Positions 54,254 through 64,000 of a DNA stretch of 64,000 nt are shown here, piece by piece; position 1 is the first letter of the stretch, and each line of letters begins with the position of its first letter. The notes beneath the pieces were generated by a model. That model saw only the letters and a program-made list of their open reading frames with translations, had not been told where the DNA came from and did not search any database. The translations under genes were made by a program, and so were the position numbers. Source of the stretch: an uncultured delta proteobacterium (GTDB taxonomy: Bacteria > Myxococcota > Myxococcia > Myxococcales > Anaeromyxobacteraceae). Location: contig CAVYBH010000012.1 of assembly GCA_963766715.1 (NCBI GenBank), positions 384,001-448,000 on the forward strand, written 5' to 3'.

Positions 54254-56668
54254 ATGCGCATCTCCCTCTCCTGGCTCGCCGACTACGTCCCGCTCCCCGA
54301 CCCCGCCGAGGTGGCCCGGCGCCTGACCGCCGTCGGACTGGAGGTCGAGGCCGTGGAGCGCGTCGGCGCGGCCCTCGACGGCGTCGTCGCGGCCCGCATC
54401 CTCTCCTCCGCCCGTCACCCGCAGGCGGACAAGCTCTCGGTCTGCCAGGTGGAGGCCGGGTCGGGGCCGGTGCAGATCGTCTGCGGCGCCACCAACTGGA
54501 AGGTGGGAGACGTCGTCCCGCTGGCCACCCCGGGCACGCGGATGCCGGCCGGGCACCGGATCGACGCCGCCAAGCTCCGGGGCGTCGACTCGCACGGCAT
54601 GCTCTGCTCCGCCAAGGAGCTGGGGCTCTCCGAGGAGGCATCCGGCCTCCTGATCCTCCCGCCGGACGCCACCCCGGGCACGCCGCTGGCGCGGGTGCTC
54701 GGCATCGAGGACGTCGTCCTCGAGGTGAACGTCACCCCGAACCGCGCCGACGCGCTCTCCCACCTCGGCATCGCCCGCGAGGTCGCCGCGGCGACCGGAG
54801 CCCGCGTCGCCGTCCCGGCCCACGGGCTGAAGGAGCAGGCCCCCCCGGCCGATGCTTCACTCAAGGTCACCATCGAGGCGCCGGGGCGATGCTTCCGCTA
54901 CTCGGCGCGGGTGATCGACGGCGTCCGGATCGGCCCGTCCCCGGCCTGGCTCGCGCGCCGGCTCGAGGCCTGCGGGGTCCGCTCCATCTCGAACGTGGTC
55001 GACGCCACGAACTTCGTGCTCCTGGAGCGGGGGCAGCCGCTCCACGCCTTCGACCTCGAGAAGGTGGCGGGCGCGGAGATCGTGGTTCGCACCGCGCGCC
55101 CCGGGGAGAAGCTCGTGACGCTCGACGGCGTCGAGCGCACGCTCTCGCCCGACGACCTGGTGATCGCCGACCGGGATCACGCCAGCGCGCTCGCCGGCGT
55201 GATGGGCGGAGGCACCTCGGAAATCTCGGCCGGAACCAGCCGGGTGCTGCTCGAGTCGGCCTGGTTCGAGCCCACCGGCGTGCGCCGGACGGCTCGCCGC
55301 CACGGCCTCCACACCGAGGCCTCCCATCGCTTCGAGCGGGGCGTCGACCCGGAGGGCGTCGTCGCCGCGCTCGACCGCTGCGCCGCCCTGATCGCCGAGC
55401 TCTCCGGTGGCACGGTCCGCCAGGGCGCGGTCGATGCCCATCCGCGGGCGAACCGGCCCGTGGACGTGGTCCTGCCCTGGAAGCGCCCCGGCGAGATCCT
55501 GGGCATGACGATCACGCCGGACGAGGCACGCGGCGCGCTCGTGGCCCTCGGCTTCGACCTCGTCGTCGACGGCCCGGAGGCCGGTACCTTCCGCGTCCCC
55601 AGCTGGCGGCTCGACGTCTCCCGCGAGGAGGACCTGGTCGAGGAGATCATCCGCCTGCGCGGGTACGACGCCATCCCCGAGACCCTTCCTCCGTTCTCCA
55701 CGGTCACCCCGGCCCCGGCCAGGTCCGCGGTGGTGACCGAGCGCGCCCGGCAGGCGCTCGAGGGCGCGGGGTACTCCGAGGCGGTGAACTTCTCGTTCGT
55801 GGCCCCGGCCGATCTCGAGCCGATGGTGAAGGGCGGCGTTCCCGGGGGGATCGCCCTCCAGAACCCGATCAGCGCCGACCTGGCGGTGATGCGGTCGAGC
55901 CTGGTGCCGTCCCTGCTGAAGGGGCTCGCCTACAACCGCAGGCAGCGGGTCGAGGACGTCCGGCTCTACGAGCTCGCGGCCGTCTACCAGCCGCGGCGGC
56001 CCGACGCCGACGGCGACGCGCCGGCGCACGAGGAGCTCCGCCTGGCGGGCATCGCGAGCGGGCGGCGCCACCCGGTGGGCTGGTCGGCGAGCGGCGACCC
56101 GGTCGACTTCTCCGACCTGAAGGGCGCGCTCGAGGCCTTGCTCGAGGGGCTGGGAATCGACGGCGTCCACTGGGCGCACGGCGGCCCCTCGTGGCTCCAC
56201 CCGCGCTCGGCCGCCACCATCGAGTGGAAGGACGCGGCCGGGGCCACGCATGCCCTGGGCGTCGCCGGGGAGGTGCACCCGAGGGTCGCCTCCGCCTTCA
56301 ATCTCCCGCGCGGCGTCTTCGTCTTCAATCTCTCCTTCGAGAACCTGCTCCGGGCCGCGGTCCTGGTCCGTGGACACGCCGACGTTCCCCGGTTCCCGGC
56401 CGTCCTCCGCGACCTCGCGGTGGTGGTCTCGGACGGCGTCGATGCGCGCACCGTGCTCGACGCGGTCCGGGCCGAGCCGCTGGTCGAGGACGTGACGCTC
56501 TTCGACGTGTACCGGGGCGCGCCAATCCCGGAAGGGAAGAAGAACCTGGCCATGGCCATCCGGTACCGGGCGGTGGAACGTACGCTGACCGACGGCGAGG
56601 CCGACGCGGCCCACGGCCGGATCGTGGAGCGCCTCCGGGGCGAGGTGGCGGCCGAATTGCGGGGATAG
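54254..56668 (+). CDS. pheT: Phenylalanyl-tRNA synthetase beta subunit
   Basis: HPQADKL, TPNRAD, RFERG, FPAVLRDLA. Confidence 0.97.
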   Translation: MRISLSWLADYVPLPDPAEVARRLTAVGLEVEAVERVGAALDGVVAARILSSARHPQADKLSVCQVEAGSGPVQIVCGATNWKVGDVVPLATPGTRMPAGHRIDAAKLRGVDSHGMLCSAKELGLSEEASGLLILPPDATPGTPLARVLGIEDVVLEVNVTPNRADALSHLGIAREVAAATGARVAVPAHGLKEQAPPADASLKVTIEAPGRCFRYSARVIDGVRIGPSPAWLARRLEACGVRSISNVVDATNFVLLERGQPLHAFDLEKVAGAEIVVRTARPGEKLVTLDGVERTLSPDDLVIADRDHASALAGVMGGGTSEISAGTSRVLLESAWFEPTGVRRTARRHGLHTEASHRFERGVDPEGVVAALDRCAALIAELSGGTVRQGAVDAHPRANRPVDVVLPWKRPGEILGMTITPDEARGALVALGFDLVVDGPEAGTFRVPSWRLDVSREEDLVEEIIRLRGYDAIPETLPPFSTVTPAPARSAVVTERARQALEGAGYSEAVNFSFVAPADLEPMVKGGVPGGIALQNPISADLAVMRSSLVPSLLKGLAYNRRQRVEDVRLYELAAVYQPRRPDADGDAPAHEELRLAGIASGRRHPVGWSASGDPVDFSDLKGALEALLEGLGIDGVHWAHGGPSWLHPRSAATIEWKDAAGATHALGVAGEVHPRVASAFNLPRGVFVFNLSFENLLRAAVLVRGHADVPRFPAVLRDLAVVVSDGVDARTVLDAVRAEPLVEDVTLFDVYRGAPIPEGKKNLAMAIRYRAVERTLTDGEADAAHGRIVERLRGEVAAELRG

Positions 56669-56758
56669 CGGGGCGGATTGCACCATGAGTTTGACAGTGC
56701 CCGCCGAATCAGCTAACGAAGACGAGGACTTGGGCGCCTTCGCGCCCGCAGGGGTGAG

Positions 56759-57080
56759 GTGAGCGTGACCAAGGCCGACATCATCGAGAGCGTCTACGAG
56801 AAGGTGGGCTTCTCCAAGAAGGAAGCGGCCGACGTCGTGGAGATGGTGTTCGACACCATCAAGGAAACCCTGGAGCGCGGCGAGAAGATCAGAATCAGCG
56901 GCTTCGGGAACTTCATCGTCCGCGACAAGAAGTCCAGGGTCGGACGGAATCCCCAGACGGGCGAGGAGATCGAGAATCTCGGCCCGACGGGTGCTGACCT
57001 TCCGCCCGAGCCAGGTTCTCAAGAACGCACTGAACGGCATGCCCGACGAGCCGCAGGCTGGCTCGCCGCCGGCGCCCTGA
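56759..57080 (+). CDS. ihfA: Integration host factor alpha (extra A near 56975)
   Basis: TKADI, SGFGNF, GRNPQTGEEI; corrected frame continues ARRVLTFRPSQVLK; follows pheT. Confidence 0.9.
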
Positions 57081-57101
57081 GAATCGCCACCCGTCCCGGC
57101 G

Positions 57102-58457
<1,356 letters not shown>

Positions 58458-58465
58458 GGACGCTC

Positions 58466-59992
58466 CTACGCGACGGCTGGAGGGGGAGACGGGGGGGCGG
58501 GGAAGAGCAGGGTGAAGGTGGCTCCCGCCCCCGGAGCGGTCTCCACCTCGATGCGGCCCCGGAGGGCGCCGGCAATCTCGCGCGAGATGGCCAGGCCGAG
58601 TCCCGTGCCCTTGCCCGCCTCCTTGGTGGTGAAGAAGGGCTCGAAGATGTGCTTCCGGGTCTCGGAGGCGATCCCGCCGCCGGTGTCCGTCACCGAGAGG
58701 GCGAGCTGATCGCCGGCGCGCCGGGCCCGGACCGTGAGATAGCCCCCGGCCGGCATGGCGTCGACGGCGTTCGAGATGAAGTTCCCGAGCACGTGGCGGA
58801 CCAGCGAGGGATCGATGCTCGCGGGCCCCAGGTCGTCGGGGACCTCGCGCCGGACCTCGATCCGCTGGCGCGCCTCGGCCGAGACGTTCAGGGAGAGCGC
58901 CTCGTCCACCAGCGACGCCAGCTTCACCGGCTCCGGCCGGGGGACGAGCGCCCGCGCCGAGTCGAGGAAGCGACGGATGATGGCGGTCATCCGCTGCACC
59001 TCGCGCTCGATGACCCGGAGCTGCTCGCGCATGTCCGGCGGGCAGGCGGCGTCGCGGGCGAGCAGCTGGACGTGGCCGCTGATGGCGTTCAGCGGGTTGC
59101 CCAGCTCGTGGGCGATGGTCCCGGACAGCTGCCCGAGCGCGGCGAGCCGTTCCTGCGCCGAGCGCTCCCGGCGGGCCTCCATCAAGAGCTCGTTCAGCTC
59201 GGCGAGCTCCCGGTTCTTCCGGGCCAGGTCGGCGGTGGCCTCCTCGACCCGGTCCTGCAGCTCGAGGTTGAACCCGCGCACCCGGGCGAGCATCGCGTCG
59301 AGGCCCCGGGCCAGCGTGCCAATCTCGTCCCGCCGCGCCGTTCCCGGGATCGAAGCGGCGTCCAGCGCTCCCGACTCGATTCCCTCCACCGTCCCGGCCA
59401 GGGCGGAGAGCGGGCGAACCAGCACCCGGTTCAGGACGAAGGTGAAGGCCAGGAAGACCAGGATCGCCGCGAGCATCGTGGACGCCACGAAGATCCGCCC
59501 CTGGCCGCGCCCCAGCTTCTCGGCCTCGGACAGGCTCGTCTCCAGCCGGATGGCGGCCACGGTGTGCGAGAACGAGTCCTTCACCGGGAGCTCGACGCGC
59601 ACGACCCGGTCGTCGCCGTCGCCGGCGACGAGCGAGGTGGTCTGGGAGGGGAAGGGGTAGTCGACCTCCTCGAAGCTGGTCTCCGGGCCGTTCGGGCCGT
59701 ACTGCATCCGGACCACGTCGTCCTTGCCCGGCTTCCGGATGATCAGCTCGATGGTGCGCACGCCGCGGTGCTGCCGGAGGACGGCGGCCAGGCGATCGGC
59801 GGCGCGGGCGGGGTCGAGGTCGCGGGAGAGATCGAGGTCGGCGCGGACGGCGCGCGCCATCTCCACCGCGCGGTCCTGGATGGCGGACTCCACCGCGCGT
59901 GCAGCGGCGCCGGCGCCAAGGGCGGCCGCGGTCCCCATGGAGAGCACGAGGATGACCGTGAAGAGGGCGATGATTTGTGCGCGGATCGACAC
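58466..59992 (-). CDS. HAMP sensor histidine kinase
   Basis: Two TMs, HAMP, AHELGNPL, FTTK..GTGLGL. Confidence 0.92.
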   Translation of the reverse strand: MSIRAQIIALFTVILVLSMGTAAALGAGAAARAVESAIQDRAVEMARAVRADLDLSRDLDPARAADRLAAVLRQHRGVRTIELIIRKPGKDDVVRMQYGPNGPETSFEEVDYPFPSQTTSLVAGDGDDRVVRVELPVKDSFSHTVAAIRLETSLSEAEKLGRGQGRIFVASTMLAAILVFLAFTFVLNRVLVRPLSALAGTVEGIESGALDAASIPGTARRDEIGTLARGLDAMLARVRGFNLELQDRVEEATADLARKNRELAELNELLMEARRERSAQERLAALGQLSGTIAHELGNPLNAISGHVQLLARDAACPPDMREQLRVIEREVQRMTAIIRRFLDSARALVPRPEPVKLASLVDEALSLNVSAEARQRIEVRREVPDDLGPASIDPSLVRHVLGNFISNAVDAMPAGGYLTVRARRAGDQLALSVTDTGGGIASETRKHIFEPFFTTKEAGKGTGLGLAISREIAGALRGRIEVETAPGAGATFTLLFPAPPSPPPAVA

Positions 59993-60064
59993 GGGGACCG
60001 GACAAAGAAAGGGCCGGCCGCGACGAGCGCGGCCGGCCCAGAAGCTACCAGAAACCGGTTCGCG

Positions 60065-60394
60065 TTACTTCGCGGCCGGGGCAGTCGGGGCAGCCGGCTT
60101 CGCGGCAGGAGCCGGAGCGGCGGCGGGGGCGGCCGCAGGCGCGGCGAGCCGGGGCAGCGGCGGGGGCGGCGGCCGGCTTGGTGGACTTCTTCGACTTCTT
60201 GCTGGACTTCGCGGGGGCAGCGGCCGGCTTGGCGGCAGGAGCCGGGGCAGCGGGGGCAGCGGCGGCGGGAGCGGCGGGGCGGCCGGGGCAGCAGCGGCCG
60301 GCTTGGCGGCCGGGGCCGGGGCGGCCGCAGGGGCCTGGGCGAGGACAGGGAGGGCGAAGGCAACGGCGACGAGGGCGCTGAGGATCTTCTTCAT
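60065..60394 (-). CDS. Small secreted Ala/Pro/Lys-rich low-complexity protein (internal compensating indels)
   Basis: MKKILSALVAVAFALPVLAQ signal peptide; APAAKPAA repeats; GGAGA RBS. Confidence 0.75.
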   Translation of the reverse strand: MKKILSALVAVAFALPVLAQAPAAAPAPAAKPAAAAPAAPPLPPPLPPLPRLLPPSRPLPPRSPARSRRSPPSRPPPPPLPRLAAPAAAPAAAPAPAAKPAAPTAPAAK

Positions 60395-60456
60395 TTGGGT
60401 GCTTCTCCTTGGAGAGGTGTTCGGAAAGGCGGGTGAACCGTCCGAGGGAACCAATA

Positions 60457-60471
60457 GCAGCCGATGTGCCA
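60457..60471 (-). promoter_or_regulatory. Sigma54 promoter
   Basis: Minus strand TGGCACATCGGCTGC = GG-N10-GC. Confidence 0.75.
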
Positions 60472-60614
60472 AGGGCGGGCTCGGCGCGACCATTGGAAAA
60501 ACGGTTGGTTGCGCCGGTGTCCGGGACGGGCGCGCAACCCGGTCGGGGAGATACGGGACGGCCCCGAGCGGGTGTGGGTAGGAGTTCCCCGCGTGCCGGC
60601 GCTATAAGCGGCGG

Positions 60615-61002
60615 ATGGCCATCGACTACACGGACTCGAGGCGGATGCGCCTCGACGTCGAGTTCTACTTCGCCGCGGCCCATCGACTTCCCCGCTACGA
60701 GGGGCCCTGCTTCCGCCTGCACGGCCACAACTACAAGTTCTTCGTGACCGTGGAGGGGGACGTCGACCCTGCCACCGGAATGATCGCCGACTTCGGCGTG
60801 ATCAAGGAGCGTGGTGGGCGAGGAGGTCCTGGCCCGGGTCGACCACCGGAACCTGAACGACATCCTCGAGAACCCCACCGCCGAGAACATCGCCCGCTGG
60901 ATCTGGGAGGTGCTGAAGCCGCGGATGGCCGACCTCGTCGAGGTGCGCCTCTTCGAGATCCCGGACAGCTGCGTCACCTACCGGGGGGCGGGTGGGCGCT
61001 AG
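60615..61002 (+). CDS. queD: 6-carboxytetrahydropterin synthase (indel near 60810)
   Basis: FAAAHRLP, CFRLHGHNY (CX3HGH), DHRNLND, PTAENIA. Confidence 0.88.
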
Positions 61003-61609
61003 CTCGCGTCGCGGGGCGCGGGCCGCCGCGCAGGCGGTCGAGCGATTCCTCGAGTCGCTCGTCCCGGAGGCTGCGCTGCGCCAGGCCGACGTGAAGGGAA
61101 CGCCGCGGCGGGTCGCGGAGGCCTTCCGGAACGACCTGCTCGACGGGTATCGCTGCGACCCGGCGGCCATCCTGCGCGGGGCCATCCCGAACGCCGGCCA
61201 CGACCTCGTGGCGGTGACCGGGATCGACTTCCACGCCGTCTGTCCGCACCACCTCCTGCCGTACCGGGGAACGGCCTGCATCGCCTACGTCCCGGGCGGA
61301 CGCGTGCTCGGCTTCGGCGTGCTGGCCCGCCTCCTCGACTGCTTCGCGCACCGGCTGGTCATCCAGGAGGTCCTGGCCCGCCAGGTGGCCGACGCGCTGG
61401 TGGACGAGCTGGGTGCGCGCGGCGCGGCCTGCGTGCTCGACGCCGAGCAGATGTGCCTGACCGTGAGGGGGGAGCGGCGGAGGCAGGCGCGTACCCACAG
61501 TCACGCCTTCGCCGGGCACATGGACGGCGACGCGGCCTGGGAACGCCGGATCCTGCGGCTGGCCGCGGGAGAAGGGCGTACGCCCTCGCGGGCGGGGCGG
61601 CGCAGGTGA
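60992..61609 (+). CDS. folE: GTP cyclohydrolase I (divergent)
   Basis: TPRRVA, CPHHLLPY, IQE, MCLTVRG. Confidence 0.8.
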   Translation: MGASSRRGARAAAQAVERFLESLVPEAALRQADVKGTPRRVAEAFRNDLLDGYRCDPAAILRGAIPNAGHDLVAVTGIDFHAVCPHHLLPYRGTACIAYVPGGRVLGFGVLARLLDCFAHRLVIQEVLARQVADALVDELGARGAACVLDAEQMCLTVRGERRRQARTHSHAFAGHMDGDAAWERRILRLAAGEGRTPSRAGRRR

Positions 61610-62292
61610 GGGGCCGGCTCGACGGCCGCACCGCCATCGTCACCGGCGGGGGCAGGGGCATCGGCGCGGCGGTGGCGCGGGAGCTCACCGGACGCGGGGC
61701 CCGGGTCACCGTCTTCGCGAGGACCGCCGCGGAGCTGGACGAGCGGGTGCGGGCCGGCGACGCCGCCTTCGCGGTGGCGGGCGACGCGAGCCGGGAGGAG
61801 GACGTGGCCCGCCTCGTGGCCGAGCACGAGCGGCTCGCGGGCCCGTGCGACGTGCTCGTGCACGCCGCGGGCATCCTCGAGCGGGGGCGGGTCGAGTCGA
61901 TGTCACCCGAGAGCTTCCGGCGGGTGCTGGAGGTGAACCTGGTGGGAGCCTTCCTCGCCTTCCGCGCCGTGGTTCCCGGGATGCGGGCCCGGCGGCGCGG
62001 GCGGATCGTGGCCATCGCCTCCATCTCGGGTCACGTCGGCACGCCCGAGGGCTCGGCGTACAACGCCTCGAAGTGGGGGCTCATCGGCCTCGCGAAGAGC
62101 CTCGCCGAGGAGGTCAAGGCGGACGGCGTCCAGGTGATGACGGTCTCGCCCGGCTCGGTCGACACCCGCATGCTGGCGATGACCCCGTTCCCGCCCGCCA
62201 TGGCGGCGGAGGACGTGGCCCGGGTGGTGGGGTTCTGCGCCGCGGAGGCGCCGGACGCGATGACGGGGAGCGACGTGGAGGTGTTCGGGTGA
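61606..62292 (+). CDS. Short-chain dehydrogenase/reductase
   Basis: TGGGRGIG, YNASK, PGSVDT. Confidence 0.9.
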   Translation: MRGRLDGRTAIVTGGGRGIGAAVARELTGRGARVTVFARTAAELDERVRAGDAAFAVAGDASREEDVARLVAEHERLAGPCDVLVHAAGILERGRVESMSPESFRRVLEVNLVGAFLAFRAVVPGMRARRRGRIVAIASISGHVGTPEGSAYNASKWGLIGLAKSLAEEVKADGVQVMTVSPGSVDTRMLAMTPFPPAMAAEDVARVVGFCAAEAPDAMTGSDVEVFG

Positions 62293-62294
62293 CG

Positions 62295-63679
62295 ATGGGG
62301 AACGCCATGGCGGCGGCGCTGCGGGACCTGCGCGCGGCCTTTCCGGACGGCCGGCTGGTCCTCGACCCGGAGCGGCTCGCCGAGTACGGCAAGGACGAGT
62401 CGGACCTGGGGGTGTTCCCGCCCGACGTGACCGTGCTGGTGGAGTCGGCCGAGGACGTGCGGTCCGTGTTCGCGGTCGCGTCGAGGCACCGGGTCCCCGT
62501 GGTCCCGGTCGCGGCGCGGAGCGGGAAGACCGGCGGCTCGCTGGCCATCCACGGAGGCATCGCGGTCTCGGTGGAGCGCATGAACCGCATCCTCGAGATC
62601 CGGCCGGCGGACCTCACCGCCCGGCTCCAGCCGGGCGTGGTGACGGGCGTCTTCCAGGCCGAGGTGGAGAAGCACGGCCTCTTCTACCCCCCGATCCCAA
62701 CTCGCTCGACCTCTGCTCCATCGGCGGCAACGTGGCGGAGAACGCCGGAGGCCCGCGCGCGCTCAAGTACGGGGTGACGCGGGAGTACGTGCTGGGGCTC
62801 GAGGTGGTGATCCCGACCGGCGAGATCCTCCGGGTGGGGCGCCAGACCATCAAGGGCGTGGCCGGCTACGACCTGACCGCGCTCTTCGTCGGGAGCGAGG
62901 GAACGCTGGGGATCGTCACCGAGGTGACGGTGAAGCTCCTCCCGCGACCCCGCCACGTGGCCACGGCGCTGGTCTGCTTCCCCGACGTGGCGACCGCGGC
63001 GCAGGCGGTGAGCCGGGTGCTCGCCGAGGGAGTGGTCCCGCGCTGCCTCGAGCTGATCGACGACGTCTCGGTGCAGGCCATCGCCAAGGGATCGCCCTTC
63101 CAGCTGCCGCCCGGCGCGGGAGCGGCGCTGCTCGTGGAGACGGACGGCAACGACGAGGAGCAGGTCTTCGCCGAGATGGCGCGCGTCGCCGAGGTGGTCC
63201 AGGGGACCGCGTCGGGCGAGGTCATCGTGGCCCAGAACCAGGCCCAGCGCCGGGACATCTGGGAGACCCGGAAGTACCTGTCGGTGAGCCTGGGCAAGCT
63301 GGCCGCCCACAAGCTCTCCGAGGACATCGCGGTGCCCCGCTCGCGCATCCCGGAGATGGTGGCCCGCTGCCGGGAGATTGGGAAGGCGCACGGCCTGCTG
63401 GTGGCGACCTACGGCCACGCGGGCGACGGCAACCTCCACTGCAACGTCCTCTACGGGGAGCGGGAGCGGGCGACGGCCGACGCCGCCGTCGGCGAGATCC
63501 TGAGGGCCGCGGTCGACATGGGCGGGACCATCACCGGCGAGCACGGGGTCGGCCTCGCCAAGAGGGACTACCTCGAGTACGAGCAGGGAAGGGCGCTCGT
63601 CGACCTGGAGCGGAGGGTGAAGGCGACCTTCGACCCCCTCGGGATCCTGAACCCAGGGAAGATGTTCCCGGAAACCTGA
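62295..63679 (+). CDS. FAD-linked oxidase, GlcD/D-lactate dehydrogenase family (indel near 62690)
   Basis: NAGGPRALKYG, GYDL, GSEGTLG, GHAGDGNLH, GEHGVG, LNPGK. Confidence 0.9.
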
Positions 63680-63871
63680 TCCCGATCAGGAAGTTTTTCC
63701 GAATCGCGCTGTGGTTGCGGCAGGTTCGGTCGATCCGATGGGCGCCGTCCGACCTTGACAAGGACGGAACGATCCGGCATCAAGAGGGCCCCCTTGGCAC
63801 CCGGATAGGACGTTCCGGCAGCGTCCAGGGACCCCGCCCGCGAAGGCCCCCTCAAGGAGACGAAGGACGAC

Positions 63872-64000
63872 ATGCAACCCAACACTGGAAAGACCCGCCC
63901 GGTGGAGCAGGTCGACGCCGTCACGATCCGTTTCGTCGGCGACTCCGGCGACGGCATGCAGCTCGTCGGCTCGGAGTTCACGAAGGCGTCCGCGATCGCC
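63872..64000 (+). CDS. 2-oxoacid:ferredoxin oxidoreductase alpha subunit, N-terminus (truncated by window)
   Basis: [16 protein letters not shown]. Confidence 0.85.
   Translation, partial: MQPNTGKTRPVEQVDAVTIRFVGDSGDGMQLVGSEFTKASAIA

Noticed and set aside
60065..60340. Tandem GC-rich repeats as possible array
   Set aside because: Explained by Ala/Pro codons of the secreted protein; no spacers or cas genes

Overview
High-GC bacterial chromosome segment. Gene content and style suggest an Anaeromyxobacter-like Myxococcota (inference). Many genes, including housekeeping ones such as ihfA and leuA, are broken by single-base indels, which points to long-read assembly errors rather than pseudogenes. 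Layout: (1) 1-10.8 kb: MFS, grxC, RluA, an exbB-exbD-tonB-TonB-dependent receptor-lipoprotein operon, TetR/TerC, hemF, purU. (2) 11-33.3 kb: a large redox/regulatory locus with three sensor kinases carrying periplasmic CxxCH motifs, two sigma54 activators, a NarL-type regulator, two Zn proteases and five GG-N10-GC sigma54 promoters. It holds a terminator-bounded operon (4-Cys small protein, Tat 4x[4Fe-4S] protein, NrfD/HmcC-type membrane protein, two membrane-anchored GcvH-like proteins lacking the lipoyl lysine, a triheme c7), a nonaheme cytochrome c plus cytochrome b pair, a B12 radical SAM, hemA, an RpoH-like sigma factor and a degenerate kinase. This is the best candidate for an undescribed system. 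(3) 33.4-44.6 kb: orphan rplC, typA, VOC/GloB, pgsA-like, tRNA-Val(GAC) followed by a small islet of hypothetical and envelope genes. (4) 44.6-57.1 kb: thrS-[leuA ilvBNC]-infC-rpmI-rplT-pheST-ihfA. (5) 57.1-64 kb: a sigma54 two-component system with an Ala/Pro-rich secreted protein, queD-folE-SDR-glcD-like, and the start of a 2-oxoacid:ferredoxin oxidoreductase alpha subunit. All calls come from motif recognition by eye; no database searches were run.
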